This document shows positions 9,455-18,588 of a stretch of 64,000 nucleotides of DNA, one piece after another (position 1 is the first letter of the stretch; every line of letters starts with the position of its first letter). A program made the translations under genes and the position numbers. Where the stretch lies: positions 369-64,368 of the forward strand of contig JAHLFG010000028.1 of NCBI GenBank assembly GCA_018883895.1, in the 5' to 3' direction. The notes beneath the pieces are model-generated. The model made no database searches and was not told the origin of the DNA. It saw only the letters and a program-made list of their open reading frames with translations. This stretch comes from Candidatus Anaerobiospirillum merdipullorum. Its GTDB lineage: Bacteria; Pseudomonadota; Gammaproteobacteria; Enterobacterales; Succinivibrionaceae.

Positions 9455-9787
9455 TTAGATACGGTTGTTATCTCCCCATTCACACATCATATCTAAAATA
9501 GGGATCAGGGACTTGCCGCGCGGGGTAAGACTATATTCCACTTTAGGTGGGATTTGCGGATACTCTTGCCTATGTACCAGCCCGTCAGCCTCCAGCTCCT
9601 TTAAGGTAGAGCTGAGCGTCTTATACGAAATACTCCCAATATATTTTTTCATCTCATTAAAGCGCACCACCTTAAATGCCATCAAGGTGTACAGAATCGT
9701 CATCTTATATTTGCCGTTAATCAGCGCCAAGGTATAGCTAAAGCCGGTGGTATTTAAGCATTCTTTGGCGATACAACGTTGATTCAT
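9455..9787 (-). CDS. HxlR-family winged-helix transcriptional regulator
   Basis: Typical HxlR pattern: LALINGKYKMTILYTL....RFNEMKKYI..ISYKTLSSTLKELEADGLVHRQEYPQIPPKVEYSLTPRG. It is divergent from the flavoenzyme genes. Confidence 0.88.
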   Translation of the reverse strand: MNQRCIAKECLNTTGFSYTLALINGKYKMTILYTLMAFKVVRFNEMKKYIGSISYKTLSSTLKELEADGLVHRQEYPQIPPKVEYSLTPRGKSLIPILDMMCEWGDNNRI

Positions 9788-9842
9788 TTATCACTATCCT
9801 AAAAGTAAGTATTAGCCATTTACGTAATTATACAACTACATT

Positions 9843-9872
9843 GTAAGTATCGCACTTAAATGTGCGTACTTG
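9843..9872. promoter_or_regulatory. Imperfect palindrome in the hxlR/oxidoreductase divergent region (candidate operator)
   Basis: AAGTAtCGCAC-ttaaat-GTGCGTACTT. Additional (T)AAGTAT copies lie near 9806 and 9899, within an AT-rich 165-nt intergenic region. Confidence 0.35.
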
Positions 9873-9952
9873 TTTAATTTTTAATTCTTATTACATTTTA
9901 AGTATAGGCAGTGAGGATAGAAAAGTCCGCAGCAATAAGGAGGAACAATCTG

Positions 9953-11926
9953 ATGCAAACTTATAGCTCTCTGGGCCAACCTCTAAAAATTGGCAATGTG
10001 ACCATCAAAAATAGGTTTTGCATGGCGCCTATTGGTTGTGGTCAGCATCATCTGCCAGGCGGCGGACTTAAAGACGAAACCATTGAGTATTTGGTGGCAC
10101 GCGCCAAGGGTGGTTTTGGCTTAATTTTTACCGGCGCCTTAGCTGCCGATTGCACTGTTGACCCCTATACCGGTATCGGTCCTGCTATTTTGCAAAATCC
10201 GGAGGCTTTTAAAATGACGGCCACGGAGCTTAACGAGCGTGCTAATGCCTATGGCACCAAGATTTTTGCGCAGATTACGATGGGACTTGGACGTAATTAT
10301 CCGCATTTGCCGGCGCCTTCGGCGGTGCAGGTGTTCCGCCATCCGGGGGAAGTAGCGCCAGAACTTACCCATGCAGAGATTAAATCTAAGATAGCTTCTG
10401 TGGTTAAAGCCGCCAAGATTGCACAAGAGTCGGGCTTTGCTGGCGTGGAGGTGCATTCGATTCACTGGGGTTATTTGCTAGATCAATTTGCCTTGGCTAT
10501 GATGAATCATCGTAGCGATGAATATGGCGGCAGTTTGGAAAATCGGCTGCGTGCCGCACGCGAAATCTTAGAGGGCATCAAGCAAGAATGTGGTAGTGCT
10601 TACCCGGTCAGTATGCGTTTGGGCCTTAAAACCTTTATTAAAGATTTTGAGCAGGCCTCACTTGATGGAAGTGAAGAGGCTGGGCGTACCTTAGAAGAGG
10701 GCATTAACATCGCTAAATTGCTGGAATCTTACGGCTATGATTGCTTGAGCGTCGATACCGGCACTTACGATTCCTTCTATTACGCCTGTCCGCCGATATA
10801 TATGCCTAAGGGTTATCTGGTGAAGATGGCGGCACAAGCTAAGGCTGCAGTCAACATCCCCATTTTGGTAGGTGGCCGCATGAATGATCCGGATATTGCG
10901 GCCCAGGCGATTGCTGACGGACAAATTGATGCGGTCGTTTTAGGACGAGCGGCTTTGGCCGATGCGGAATATCCCCATAAGGTTTTAAGCGGGCATCCCG
11001 AGCGGATCCGTCCATGCATTGCCTGTAATTTAGGTTGTATTACCCGTTTGCAACAGGGTAAGCAACCGTCTTGTGCGGTAAATCCGGTGGCCATGCGTGA
11101 AGTGCGCTTTGCCATGCGTCCTGCCATTTTAAAGAAGAAGGTGGTCATTGTCGGTGGGGGCGTGGCCGGCATGGAAGCTGCACGGGTGGCCTCTTTACGC
11201 GGACATCAGGTTACCTTGCTAGAAAAAACCGCGCACTTAGGGGGCAATTTAATCCCCGGGGGCAATCACAGTTTTAAACAAGAGGTGAGAGCACTTAATG
11301 CTTGGTATCAGCAAGAATTACAGCGCTTACCGGTAGATATTAAGCTAAATACCACCGCCACCGCCGAGTACTTAAAAGCCCTTGGGGCTGATGTCATCAT
11401 TTTGGCTACCGGATCTTTACCGATTATGCCGCAGGTGCCGGGCATGGATGCTCCGCAGGTCATTGGTTGTATTGATGCGCTTAAGCATCCGGAAAAAATC
11501 GGGCAACGGGTGCTGGTAATCGGTGGGGGCTTGGTGGGCTGTGAGATGGCGTTGGAATATGCGCAAGAGGGCAAAGAGGTGACTGTGGTGGAAGCTTTGC
11601 CGCAAATTTTGACGGCGGGGATTTACGTCCCCATTCCCAATGGCCAGATGATAGGCGATTTGTTTGCCCACTATAAGGTGCAGGTCCTGACCTCTCATCG
11701 TTTGGTGGGCGTGGAAAATGGACAAGCAATTGTTGACTCAAAGGAGGTGCGCACTGCCATCGCTGCTGATTCCATTGTCATTGCGGTGGGCTTTAAACCA
11801 GCTCCCTCACTTAGCCCTGCCTTGGCTTGTTGTGGGGCTGATGTCTATGAGATTGGTGATGAGCAACAAGTAAGCACCATCATGCATGCCATCTGGGATG
11901 GCTATGAGGTGGGCAACCACATTTAA
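9953..11926 (+). CDS. Old-Yellow-Enzyme-type FMN oxidoreductase fused to an FAD/NAD(P)-binding domain (2,4-dienoyl-CoA reductase / enoate reductase family)
   Basis: N-terminal OYE TIM-barrel motifs (IKNRF.MAP), a 4Fe-4S Cys motif (RPCIACNLGC...C), and then the dinucleotide fold VVIVGGGVAGMEAA. The start was moved to the ATG after AAGGAGG. Confidence 0.85.
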   Translation: MQTYSSLGQPLKIGNVTIKNRFCMAPIGCGQHHLPGGGLKDETIEYLVARAKGGFGLIFTGALAADCTVDPYTGIGPAILQNPEAFKMTATELNERANAYGTKIFAQITMGLGRNYPHLPAPSAVQVFRHPGEVAPELTHAEIKSKIASVVKAAKIAQESGFAGVEVHSIHWGYLLDQFALAMMNHRSDEYGGSLENRLRAAREILEGIKQECGSAYPVSMRLGLKTFIKDFEQASLDGSEEAGRTLEEGINIAKLLESYGYDCLSVDTGTYDSFYYACPPIYMPKGYLVKMAAQAKAAVNIPILVGGRMNDPDIAAQAIADGQIDAVVLGRAALADAEYPHKVLSGHPERIRPCIACNLGCITRLQQGKQPSCAVNPVAMREVRFAMRPAILKKKVVIVGGGVAGMEAARVASLRGHQVTLLEKTAHLGGNLIPGGNHSFKQEVRALNAWYQQELQRLPVDIKLNTTATAEYLKALGADVIILATGSLPIMPQVPGMDAPQVIGCIDALKHPEKIGQRVLVIGGGLVGCEMALEYAQEGKEVTVVEALPQILTAGIYVPIPNGQMIGDLFAHYKVQVLTSHRLVGVENGQAIVDSKEVRTAIAADSIVIAVGFKPAPSLSPALACCGADVYEIGDEQQVSTIMHAIWDGYEVGNHI

Positions 11927-11967
11927 TACCAATAAACAACTGTAAAAGAAATAAAGGAGACATAAAC

Positions 11968-12351
11968 ATGAGAGCTGAAATTAAAGAATATCAAGCCGTT
12001 GAAGAGGCTGCGATGAAGTTTGTGCAAAGCGTCGCTGAAGGCAACAGCAAGTACGCCAAAGAACTGTTTATCGATGAGGCGGTACTGTTTGGGCGTTTAA
12101 ATGGCGTATTAGAGCACGGTTCCATTGAGCAGTTCTATCACAATGTTGATACCACCCCGGGCAATCCGAAGTTTAAAGCCCGCGTGGATGTGTTGCTAGT
12201 TGAGGAAGACTTGGCTGTCGCCCGCGTCTTAGAGGAAGGCTGGGGTGGGAGCATCGATTTTACCGATGTGCTTCTCATGCTCAAATTAGATGGGCAGTGG
12301 AAGTGTGTGGCCAAGGCCTATAACCAAAACTCCAACACCATACAGCAATAG
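11968..12351 (+). CDS. NTF2-like (SnoaL / putative lumazine-binding type) small protein
   Basis: About 127 aa with an NTF2-like pattern, ending ...LKLDGQWKCVAKAY. It is a paralogue of the ORF at 13543-13881. Confidence 0.55.
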   Translation: MRAEIKEYQAVEEAAMKFVQSVAEGNSKYAKELFIDEAVLFGRLNGVLEHGSIEQFYHNVDTTPGNPKFKARVDVLLVEEDLAVARVLEEGWGGSIDFTDVLLMLKLDGQWKCVAKAYNQNSNTIQQ

Positions 12352-12426
12352 CCAGGGTATCGCGGTCAACTATGAGGTTGACCGCCATCTTGCAGGTGGT
12401 AGCACGTCAAAGGAGTACGAAGTTTT

Positions 12427-12921
12427 ATGAAAAAAATTACCTTGCCTAAGGCTTCACAACTTACATCACCTAATTTAGTAACCTTAGTGTGCACCTTAAA
12501 GCCTAATGGCTCCACTAATCTTGCCACGGTCTCGTGGTGTACCTACCTGTCTTATCGTCCGGGGATGGTGGCCTTTGCGATGGCCAAGACGTCCTATAGC
12601 GGTGAGCTGGTGCGCCTCAATAAGCAAGTTATCGTGACGGTTCCTGGGGTGGCTTTAGCTGACGCAGTTTTAGGTTGCGGCTCCACTAGCGGTCGGGATA
12701 CAGACAAGGTAAGCGCCTTTAACCTTAAGTTAACTGCGCTGGAAGGTAGTGCCATCAAGATCCCGGAACATAGCCGTGTGGCGATGGTATGCACGCTCAA
12801 GGAGTATCACGAGGTGGGAGATCATATCCTGTATATCTGCAATGTCGCGCAGGTCTATGGGGATGAAAGTGAAGCGGCGCTCTTTGCGTGGAATGGTTAT
12901 GCCCAAGTGCATGGCCTTTAA
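12427..12921 (+). CDS. Flavin reductase-like (FMN-binding split-barrel) domain protein
   Basis: Flavin_Reduct-like pattern: NLVTLVCT...N.ATVSW.TYLS..P.MVAFA ... EVGDHILYICNVAQVY. Confidence 0.6.
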   Translation: MKKITLPKASQLTSPNLVTLVCTLKPNGSTNLATVSWCTYLSYRPGMVAFAMAKTSYSGELVRLNKQVIVTVPGVALADAVLGCGSTSGRDTDKVSAFNLKLTALEGSAIKIPEHSRVAMVCTLKEYHEVGDHILYICNVAQVYGDESEAALFAWNGYAQVHGL

Positions 12922-12935
12922 AGCGGGGGGAGCTG

Positions 12936-13454
12936 ATGGATTTTTTGCAACTTGCCACTGAGCGTTATTCCGTGCGCTCCTTTGCTCTAAAGCCAATTGA
13001 AGACGAAAAATTAATGCAGATTTTGCGGGCCGGTCAGGTTGCTCCGACGGCAGTTAATTTTCAGCCGCATCAGATCTATGTCTTAAAAAGTGAGGCGGCG
13101 TTACAGAAAATTCGCTCCCTGACGCGCTTTACCTATCAAGCGCCCGTGGTGCTGTTGTGTTGTGCAGATCTCACGCGGGCTTGGAAAAGCCCCGTGGAGA
13201 TTGGGTACAACACCGCAGAAATGGATGTAAGCATTGTCTGTACGCATATGATGCTTGAGGCTTGAGATCTGGGGATTGGCTCGGTCTGGGTGCGAGGTTT
13301 TTCTGCCCCACAAGTGGCTAAGGCCTTTGCTCTTCCTGAACACATCAAGCCTATCTGTTTGCTACCCATAGGTTACCCCAGTGCCGATAGTGCACCTTTT
13401 AGGCAGTGGCATGACAGCTATCGCCCTTTAAGTGAATTAGTGGAGATACGTTAA
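12936..13454 (+). pseudogene. Nitroreductase-family gene interrupted by an in-frame TGA at 13263-13265
   Basis: The 5' part reads MDFLQLATERYSVRSF...VAPTAVNFQPHQIYVL...HMMLEA. After the TGA the same frame continues DLGIGSVWVRGF...PICLLPIGYPSAD... up to the TAA at 13452-13454. Both halves together form one typical nitroreductase of about 172 aa. Confidence 0.7.
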
Positions 13455-13542
13455 GAGCCGGTCTTAAGGATGCTTTTTGCGCAAATTAGACGGAATTTAA
13501 ATGAAATTTCACAACTAAACTTTAACTTAAGAGGAAATTAAG

Positions 13543-13881
13543 ATGAGTATTGCCAAAATCAAAGACTATGAAGAAATCATGCGTGTCGCACAGCTATACA
13601 TTGATGGCTGTGCCAAGGGGGATGGGGCAATGATGAAGCCTGCCTTTGCAGGCAGTGCAACCATCAACGGAGCTCCGATTCAGACTTTGTTTGATAGCGT
13701 CACCCAGGCTGGCCCCACGCCGTCTACTGCGCGCGTGGATGTGGTGGAGGTCGTCAATGACATTGCCGTGATCCGCATTACCTTAGAAAATTACTTTGGT
13801 GCTGACTATGTGGATTTCCATGCCTTAAAGAAGGGCCCGGATGGGTGGAAGATTATGGCCAAGATCTTCACTGACGCATAA
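13543..13881 (+). CDS. NTF2-like (putative lumazine-binding type) small protein, second copy
   Basis: 112 aa, reading ...VAQLYIDGCAKGDGAMMKPAF... and ending GPDGWKIMAKIF. It has the same fold signature as 11968-12351. Confidence 0.55.
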   Translation: MSIAKIKDYEEIMRVAQLYIDGCAKGDGAMMKPAFAGSATINGAPIQTLFDSVTQAGPTPSTARVDVVEVVNDIAVIRITLENYFGADYVDFHALKKGPDGWKIMAKIFTDA

Positions 13882-14066
13882 ATTTGCGCATTTTCTCGGC
13901 TAAAACCATTGCGTTAATTTTAACGTCAGGTTTGGCCTTAAAAGATGGCGCACGATGGTGACTAAATCAGGATAGCTCCTGCATATGAAGGCACCTCAGG
14001 CGTCATATTTTATTTTTGCAAAAGGGGGTAATGCCTAGGGGCTAAAAATTTTTTTAAAAAAAGTAT

Positions 14067-14095
14067 TTGACTTTAGTTGCAACTGCCTGTATTAT
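14067..14095 (+). promoter_or_regulatory. Sigma70 promoter for the tRNA-Pro/tRNA-His operon
   Basis: TTGACT, a 17-nt spacer, then TATTAT. An A/T-rich UP-like tract lies upstream and a GC-rich discriminator (TTGCGCCCG) downstream. Confidence 0.65.
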
Positions 14096-14121
14096 TTGCG
14101 CCCGTTGATTGCAACGCTTGT

Positions 14122-14198
<77 letters not shown>

Positions 14199-14248
14199 TT
14201 GCAAAAGCCTCATATTGTTGTTTTTTCCTTTAACTCCTTTTTTGTTCT

Positions 14249-14325
14249 GGTGGCTGTAGCTCAGTTGGCAGAGTCCTGGATTGTGATTCCAGTTGTCGTG
14301 GGTTCGAGCCCCACTAGCCACCCCA
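14249..14325 (+). tRNA. tRNA-His (anticodon GTG)
   Basis: Has the extra G at position -1 and the loop ATTGTGATT. It is near-identical to E. coli hisR and encodes CCA. Confidence 0.95.
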
Positions 14326-14499
14326 TCTTTACCTTCTTCTTACAATCTTTTTAGTAACGGCGGCCACAGTTCTGCGCTCTGGCAGTGGGCCGGCATAGCT
14401 TTTTGCCCCGATCTTAGCTACAATGCGATTGGATATAGGGATCCAGTAGCAACTGGACTTAGACTTACTAAACAACATAGGAAAAGAGGAAAGATAGCA

Positions 14500-15669
14500 A
14501 TGGCAATCTTAAAAATGGCCGACCTCGATCTTCAGGGCAAGCGTGTTTTAATTCGTGCTGACTTAAATGTGCCGCTCAAGGATGGCAAGGTAGCCTCTGA
14601 CAAGCGTATTATGGCAACTCTGCCTACCATTAAGCTTGCACTGCAGAAGGGTGCAAAGGTAATGGTGATCTCCCACTTAGGCCGTCCGACTGAAGGTGAG
14701 TACGCTGAGGAATTCTCCTTAAAGCCGGTTGCTGAATACATGCAGACCAAGCTCGATTGCCCGGTTCGTCTGGTTAAGGATTACTTAGACGGCGTCGAAG
14801 TGAACGCCGGTGAAGTGGTAGTGCTCGAGAACTGCCGTTTCAACAAGGGTGAGAAGAAGAATGATCCGGAGCTGGCTAAGAAGTATGCCGCCCTGTGCGA
14901 TGTCTTCGTGATGGACGCTTTTGGTACTGCTCACCGTGCTCAGGGCACCACCTATGGTGCAGCCGAGTACGCTCCGGTAGCTTGCGCAGGTCCGTTACTG
15001 GCCGCTGAGCTTGATGCCTTAGGCAAGGCCATGGACAACCCGGCTCGTCCGATGGTTGCCATCGTCGGTGGCTCTAAGGTTTCCACTAAGTTACCGGTCT
15101 TAAACAGCCTGCTTAAGGTGGCTGACCACTTAATCATCGGTGGTGGTATTGCCAATACCTTCATGCTGGCACGTGGTGCTAAGGTTGGCAAGTCACTGTG
15201 CGAGCCGGATCTGGTTGAGACCGCTCAGGAGCTGGACAAGAAGACCTCTATCCCTGAGTTCGTTGATGTGGTTGTGGGCAAGGAATTTGATGAAAAGACC
15301 CCGGCTACCGTCAAGGATCTGAAGGATGTGGCTGACGACGACATGATCATGGACTTAGGCCCGAAGTCGATGGAAAACATCAACGCGGTGCTCAAGACTG
15401 CCAAGACCATTTTATGGAATGGCCCGGTAGGTGTATTCGAGTTCGATCAGTTCGCCACTGGCACCAAGTCGATGGCTGATGCCATTGCTGAGTCCGGTGC
15501 TTTCTCCGTTGCCGGCGGTGGTGACACCATCAATGCCATTCAGAAGTTTGGCGTGACCGACAAGATTTCTTACATCTCCACCGGTGGTGGCGCTTTCCTC
15601 GAGTTCGTGGAAGGCAAGAAGTTGCCGGCCGTTGAGATCTTAGAGAAGCGTGCCGCTGAGGCTAAGTAA
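14500..15669 (+). CDS. pgk: Phosphoglycerate kinase
   Basis: [25 protein letters not shown]... is collinear with E. coli Pgk. The track ORF start at 14293 overlaps tRNA-His and was rejected. Confidence 0.96.
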   Translation: MAILKMADLDLQGKRVLIRADLNVPLKDGKVASDKRIMATLPTIKLALQKGAKVMVISHLGRPTEGEYAEEFSLKPVAEYMQTKLDCPVRLVKDYLDGVEVNAGEVVVLENCRFNKGEKKNDPELAKKYAALCDVFVMDAFGTAHRAQGTTYGAAEYAPVACAGPLLAAELDALGKAMDNPARPMVAIVGGSKVSTKLPVLNSLLKVADHLIIGGGIANTFMLARGAKVGKSLCEPDLVETAQELDKKTSIPEFVDVVVGKEFDEKTPATVKDLKDVADDDMIMDLGPKSMENINAVLKTAKTILWNGPVGVFEFDQFATGTKSMADAIAESGAFSVAGGGDTINAIQKFGVTDKISYISTGGGAFLEFVEGKKLPAVEILEKRAAEAK

Positions 15670-15758
15670 GCTCTAAGCGCTTTCTCTCGCCTAAGACATG
15701 AGCGAAGGCGGGATTTTAGTAACTGATTTACTTTTTTCACTAACAATAGGCATTAGAT

Positions 15759-16841
15759 ATGACTAAGATTTTAGATGTTGTTAAGCCCGGCGTACTGTGG
15801 GGCGAGGATGTGCAGAAGTTATTTGCCGTCGCTAAGGAAAATGGCTATGCCTTCCCGGCTGTTAACTGCGTGGGTACCAACACCATCAATGCCGTGCTTG
15901 AGGCTGCTGCCAAGGCTCGTTCTGCCGTTATCGTGCAGTTCTCCAATGGCGGTGCTGCTTTCATCGCTGGTAAAGGCCTGAAGGTGGAGCGTCCGCAGGG
16001 CAATTCCATTCTCGGCGCTATTTCCGGCGCTCTGCACGTGCACAATGTTGCCAAGGAATATGGCGTACCGGTAGTGTTACACACAGACCACTGCGCCAAG
16101 AAGCTCATTCCGTGGGTGGAAGGCTTACTGGACTACGGTGAAGAGTATTTTGCCAAGAACGGCCGTCCGCTGTTCTCCTCTCACATGTTAGACCTCTCTG
16201 AGGAATCCTTAGAGGACAATGTGGCTACTTGCTGCAAGTTCTTAGAGCGCATGTCCAAGATGGGCATGACCTTAGAGCTCGAGTTAGGTTGCACCGGTGG
16301 TGAGGAAGATGGTGTGGATAACTCTGGCAAGGACGAGAGCGCCCTCTACACTCAGCCTAAGGATGTAGCTTATGCTTATGAGAAGTTAAGCGCTATTTCC
16401 CCGAACTTCACCATTGCCGCTTCCTTCGGTAACGTCCATGGCGTGTACAAGCCTGGTAATGTGAAGCTCAAGCCGACCATTCTGCGCGACTCTCAGGCCT
16501 ATGTGAAAGAGAAGTTTGGTCTGACTGCTGACAAGCCGATGAACTTAGTGTTCCACGGCGGTTCAGGCTCTTCTCCGGAGGAGATCGCTGAGGCTGTTTC
16601 CTATGGCGTTATCAAGATGAATATCGACACTGATACTCAGTGGGCCAACTGGAACGGCATCAAGAACTACTACGAGAGCAACAAGGACTACCTGCAGGGT
16701 CAGCTGGGCAACCCGACCGGCCCGGATGCTCCGAACAAGAAGTACTACGATCCGCGCGTCTGGCTGCGTAAGGGCGAAGAGTCCATGGTCGAGCGCGTCA
16801 TCGAAGCCTTCAAGGAATTAGGCTCCTACGACTCTCTCTAA
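15759..16841 (+). CDS. fbaA: Class II fructose-bisphosphate aldolase
   Basis: End-to-end similarity to E. coli FbaA (PAVNCVGT, VLHTDHCAKK, LELELGCTGGEEDGVDN, FHGGSGS). Confidence 0.97.
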   Translation: MTKILDVVKPGVLWGEDVQKLFAVAKENGYAFPAVNCVGTNTINAVLEAAAKARSAVIVQFSNGGAAFIAGKGLKVERPQGNSILGAISGALHVHNVAKEYGVPVVLHTDHCAKKLIPWVEGLLDYGEEYFAKNGRPLFSSHMLDLSEESLEDNVATCCKFLERMSKMGMTLELELGCTGGEEDGVDNSGKDESALYTQPKDVAYAYEKLSAISPNFTIAASFGNVHGVYKPGNVKLKPTILRDSQAYVKEKFGLTADKPMNLVFHGGSGSSPEEIAEAVSYGVIKMNIDTDTQWANWNGIKNYYESNKDYLQGQLGNPTGPDAPNKKYYDPRVWLRKGEESMVERVIEAFKELGSYDSL

Positions 16842-16870
16842 TTTAAGCTTGATTTAAAGTTTAAATTAAG

Positions 16871-16903
16871 AAAAAAATCCCTGCCGGTGGCGGGGATTTT
16901 TTA
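16871..16903 (+). terminator. Rho-independent terminator of fbaA
   Basis: AAAAAAATCCCTGCC-ggt-GGCGGGGATTTTTT hairpin followed by a T-run. Confidence 0.8.
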
Positions 16904-16916
16904 TGGTTGTGCAGGA

Positions 16917-16942
16917 TAAAAAAACGGCGCCTTAAGGCGCCG
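16917..16942 (-). terminator. Rho-independent terminator of lysC
   Basis: CGGCGCC-ttaa-GGCGCCG stem, followed on the minus strand by TTTTTTTT. Confidence 0.8.
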
Positions 16943-16964
16943 CGCTTTTACTTAACTTAAACTT

Positions 16965-18332
16965 TTATTCTTCATGCTCTAATAAATGCTGGTGCAGGGC
17001 AACTAAGGCCGGCACGGCTTCATCTTCATTAAGCAGGAAGCATAAATTGTGGTTGGATGCCCCATAGCAAATCATGCGCACGGCATAGGGCTTGAGCGCA
17101 TCAAAGGCCTTGGTGGTAAGCCCGGCGGTAGAGGACATATTGTTACCGATAATGGCTACCAAGGAGAGCTTGTTTTCCACCTTTACATGGCAGAATTGAC
17201 GCAACTCATTGAGCATTTCTTCAGATAAGGTCGGAATACCGGAGGTATTGGAGCCGGCATCTAAGGTCACTGCAATGGAGACTTCCGAGGTGGAAACTAA
17301 GTCCACCGACTTACCGTACTTGGCAAAAATGCTAAACACATTGGCCAAGAAGCCCGAGGCACCTACCATCTTGGGGCTGACTAGCACAATTAAGGTCTGA
17401 TTTTTACGCAAAGCCACCGCGCGGAAGGACGGATAGGTCTTCGTTTCCGGTTTAACCCAGGTACCGCCTTTCTCCGGCTCCTTACTTGAGCCGACAAAGA
17501 CCGGGATATTGCGGCGCACGGCCGGCACTAAGGTGGACGGATGTAAAATCTTGGCACCAAAGGTGGCCATTTCAGCAGCTTCCAAATAGGTCAGCTCTTC
17601 AATGGGCATCGCATGCGGTACTAAGCGCGGATCAGTGGTGTAAACGCCTGGTACATCAGTCCAAATGGAAATGGTAGCGGCATTGCACGCCTCACCTAAG
17701 AGGGCAGCCGAGTAATCTGAGCCACCGCGGCCTAAGGTTGTGGTCATGCCTTCAGTATTGGCACCGATAAAGCCCTGCGTAACGATAATAGGCTCTTTAT
17801 CAAGCAACGGTAATAAATGTTGCTGCGTTAAGAAGCCCAATACTTCCACTAAGGGTTTGGCGCAACCAAATTCAGAATCGGTACGCATGATGCGGCGCAC
17901 ATCAAAGAACTCAGCGGCAAAGCCCATCTTCTTGAAGACTTCAACAATTAAATAAGAAGAGAGCAGTTCACCGTGGCATACGATGCGATCGGTAAGCTCA
18001 TCAGAGCGGCCCATCATCGCTTCGGCAGCTAGATTCTTAATCTCGTTTAAGTGCTCTTCTAAGTGATCATTGCACTTTGCTTGTACCTCAGGGGCCAATT
18101 GTGCCGTAATCTGCTGATGAATCTCACGCAGTTTGGCAATACGGTCAGTGACCTCAGCACGGTTTAAAGCACCGGATGCAATTTCAACTAAGATGTTAGT
18201 GACGCCGGCACAAGCGCTGACGACTACTAAACGGGTATGAGGATTGGCGGTAACCACCTTCACACAGGAAGCCATGGATTCATAATTGGCAACTGAGGTG
18301 CCGCCGAATTTTGCTATATCAAGTTGGTTCAT
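16965..18332 (-). CDS. lysC: Aspartate kinase (lysine-sensitive type)
   Basis: Collinear with E. coli LysC (KFGGTSVA, TLGRGGSDYSAALL, WTDVPG.YTTDPR, AAEMATFGAK.LHP, C-terminal ACT domains). Confidence 0.94.
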   Translation of the reverse strand: MNQLDIAKFGGTSVANYESMASCVKVVTANPHTRLVVVSACAGVTNILVEIASGALNRAEVTDRIAKLREIHQQITAQLAPEVQAKCNDHLEEHLNEIKNLAAEAMMGRSDELTDRIVCHGELLSSYLIVEVFKKMGFAAEFFDVRRIMRTDSEFGCAKPLVEVLGFLTQQHLLPLLDKEPIIVTQGFIGANTEGMTTTLGRGGSDYSAALLGEACNAATISIWTDVPGVYTTDPRLVPHAMPIEELTYLEAAEMATFGAKILHPSTLVPAVRRNIPVFVGSSKEPEKGGTWVKPETKTYPSFRAVALRKNQTLIVLVSPKMVGASGFLANVFSIFAKYGKSVDLVSTSEVSIAVTLDAGSNTSGIPTLSEEMLNELRQFCHVKVENKLSLVAIIGNNMSSTAGLTTKAFDALKPYAVRMICYGASNHNLCFLLNEDEAVPALVALHQHLLEHEE

Positions 18333-18588
18333 AACTATCTTAAGTTAAAAAATTATCGTGGGATCATCTTAGGTAGCGCTCAGCCACAGTGCAAGTGGCA
18401 GGCAGGAATGAAGCCCATGAATGCTTAATTTTAGTGCATGGTAAGGGATTTTTTACCAAAATGGGGCAAAAATTTGTGGCGCTTTCGTTTCAACGGCGAT
18501 GGGCAGTGATAGACTTATGCCTTCCCGTCAGGGATCTTTAGGGACACTTAGTCAATTAGTTTTTCGTTAACATAAGATAGAGCAAGAG

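Noticed and set aside
13263-13310. Selenocysteine insertion (SECIS) downstream of the in-frame TGA in the nitroreductase
   Set aside because: A small hairpin CTCG-gtctgggtg-CGAG starts 14 nt after the TGA, and its loop contains GGUCUG, faintly like the fdhF SECIS loop. However, the stem is only 4 bp, Sec is not known at this position in nitroreductases, and a single G-to-A change from TGG (Trp) explains the codon more simply. It is kept only as a test listed under the finding.
14293-14499. The 5' extension of the pgk ORF in the track (start at 14293)
   Set aside because: The extension overlaps tRNA-His and has no similarity to Pgk. The homologous N-terminus [11 protein letters not shown] starts at 14500 behind a purine-rich SD.
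18333-18588. Lysine riboswitch (L-box) in the lysC 5' region
   Set aside because: I read the minus-strand leader and did not find the conserved L-box core elements (AGAGGYGC, GAGUA, the G-rich CGCCGAAG segment, GGCUGUCA). Only a partial ATCGCCG resemblance is present. The 256-nt region is also shared with the divergent azlC promoter. A covariance-model scan would be needed to overturn this.
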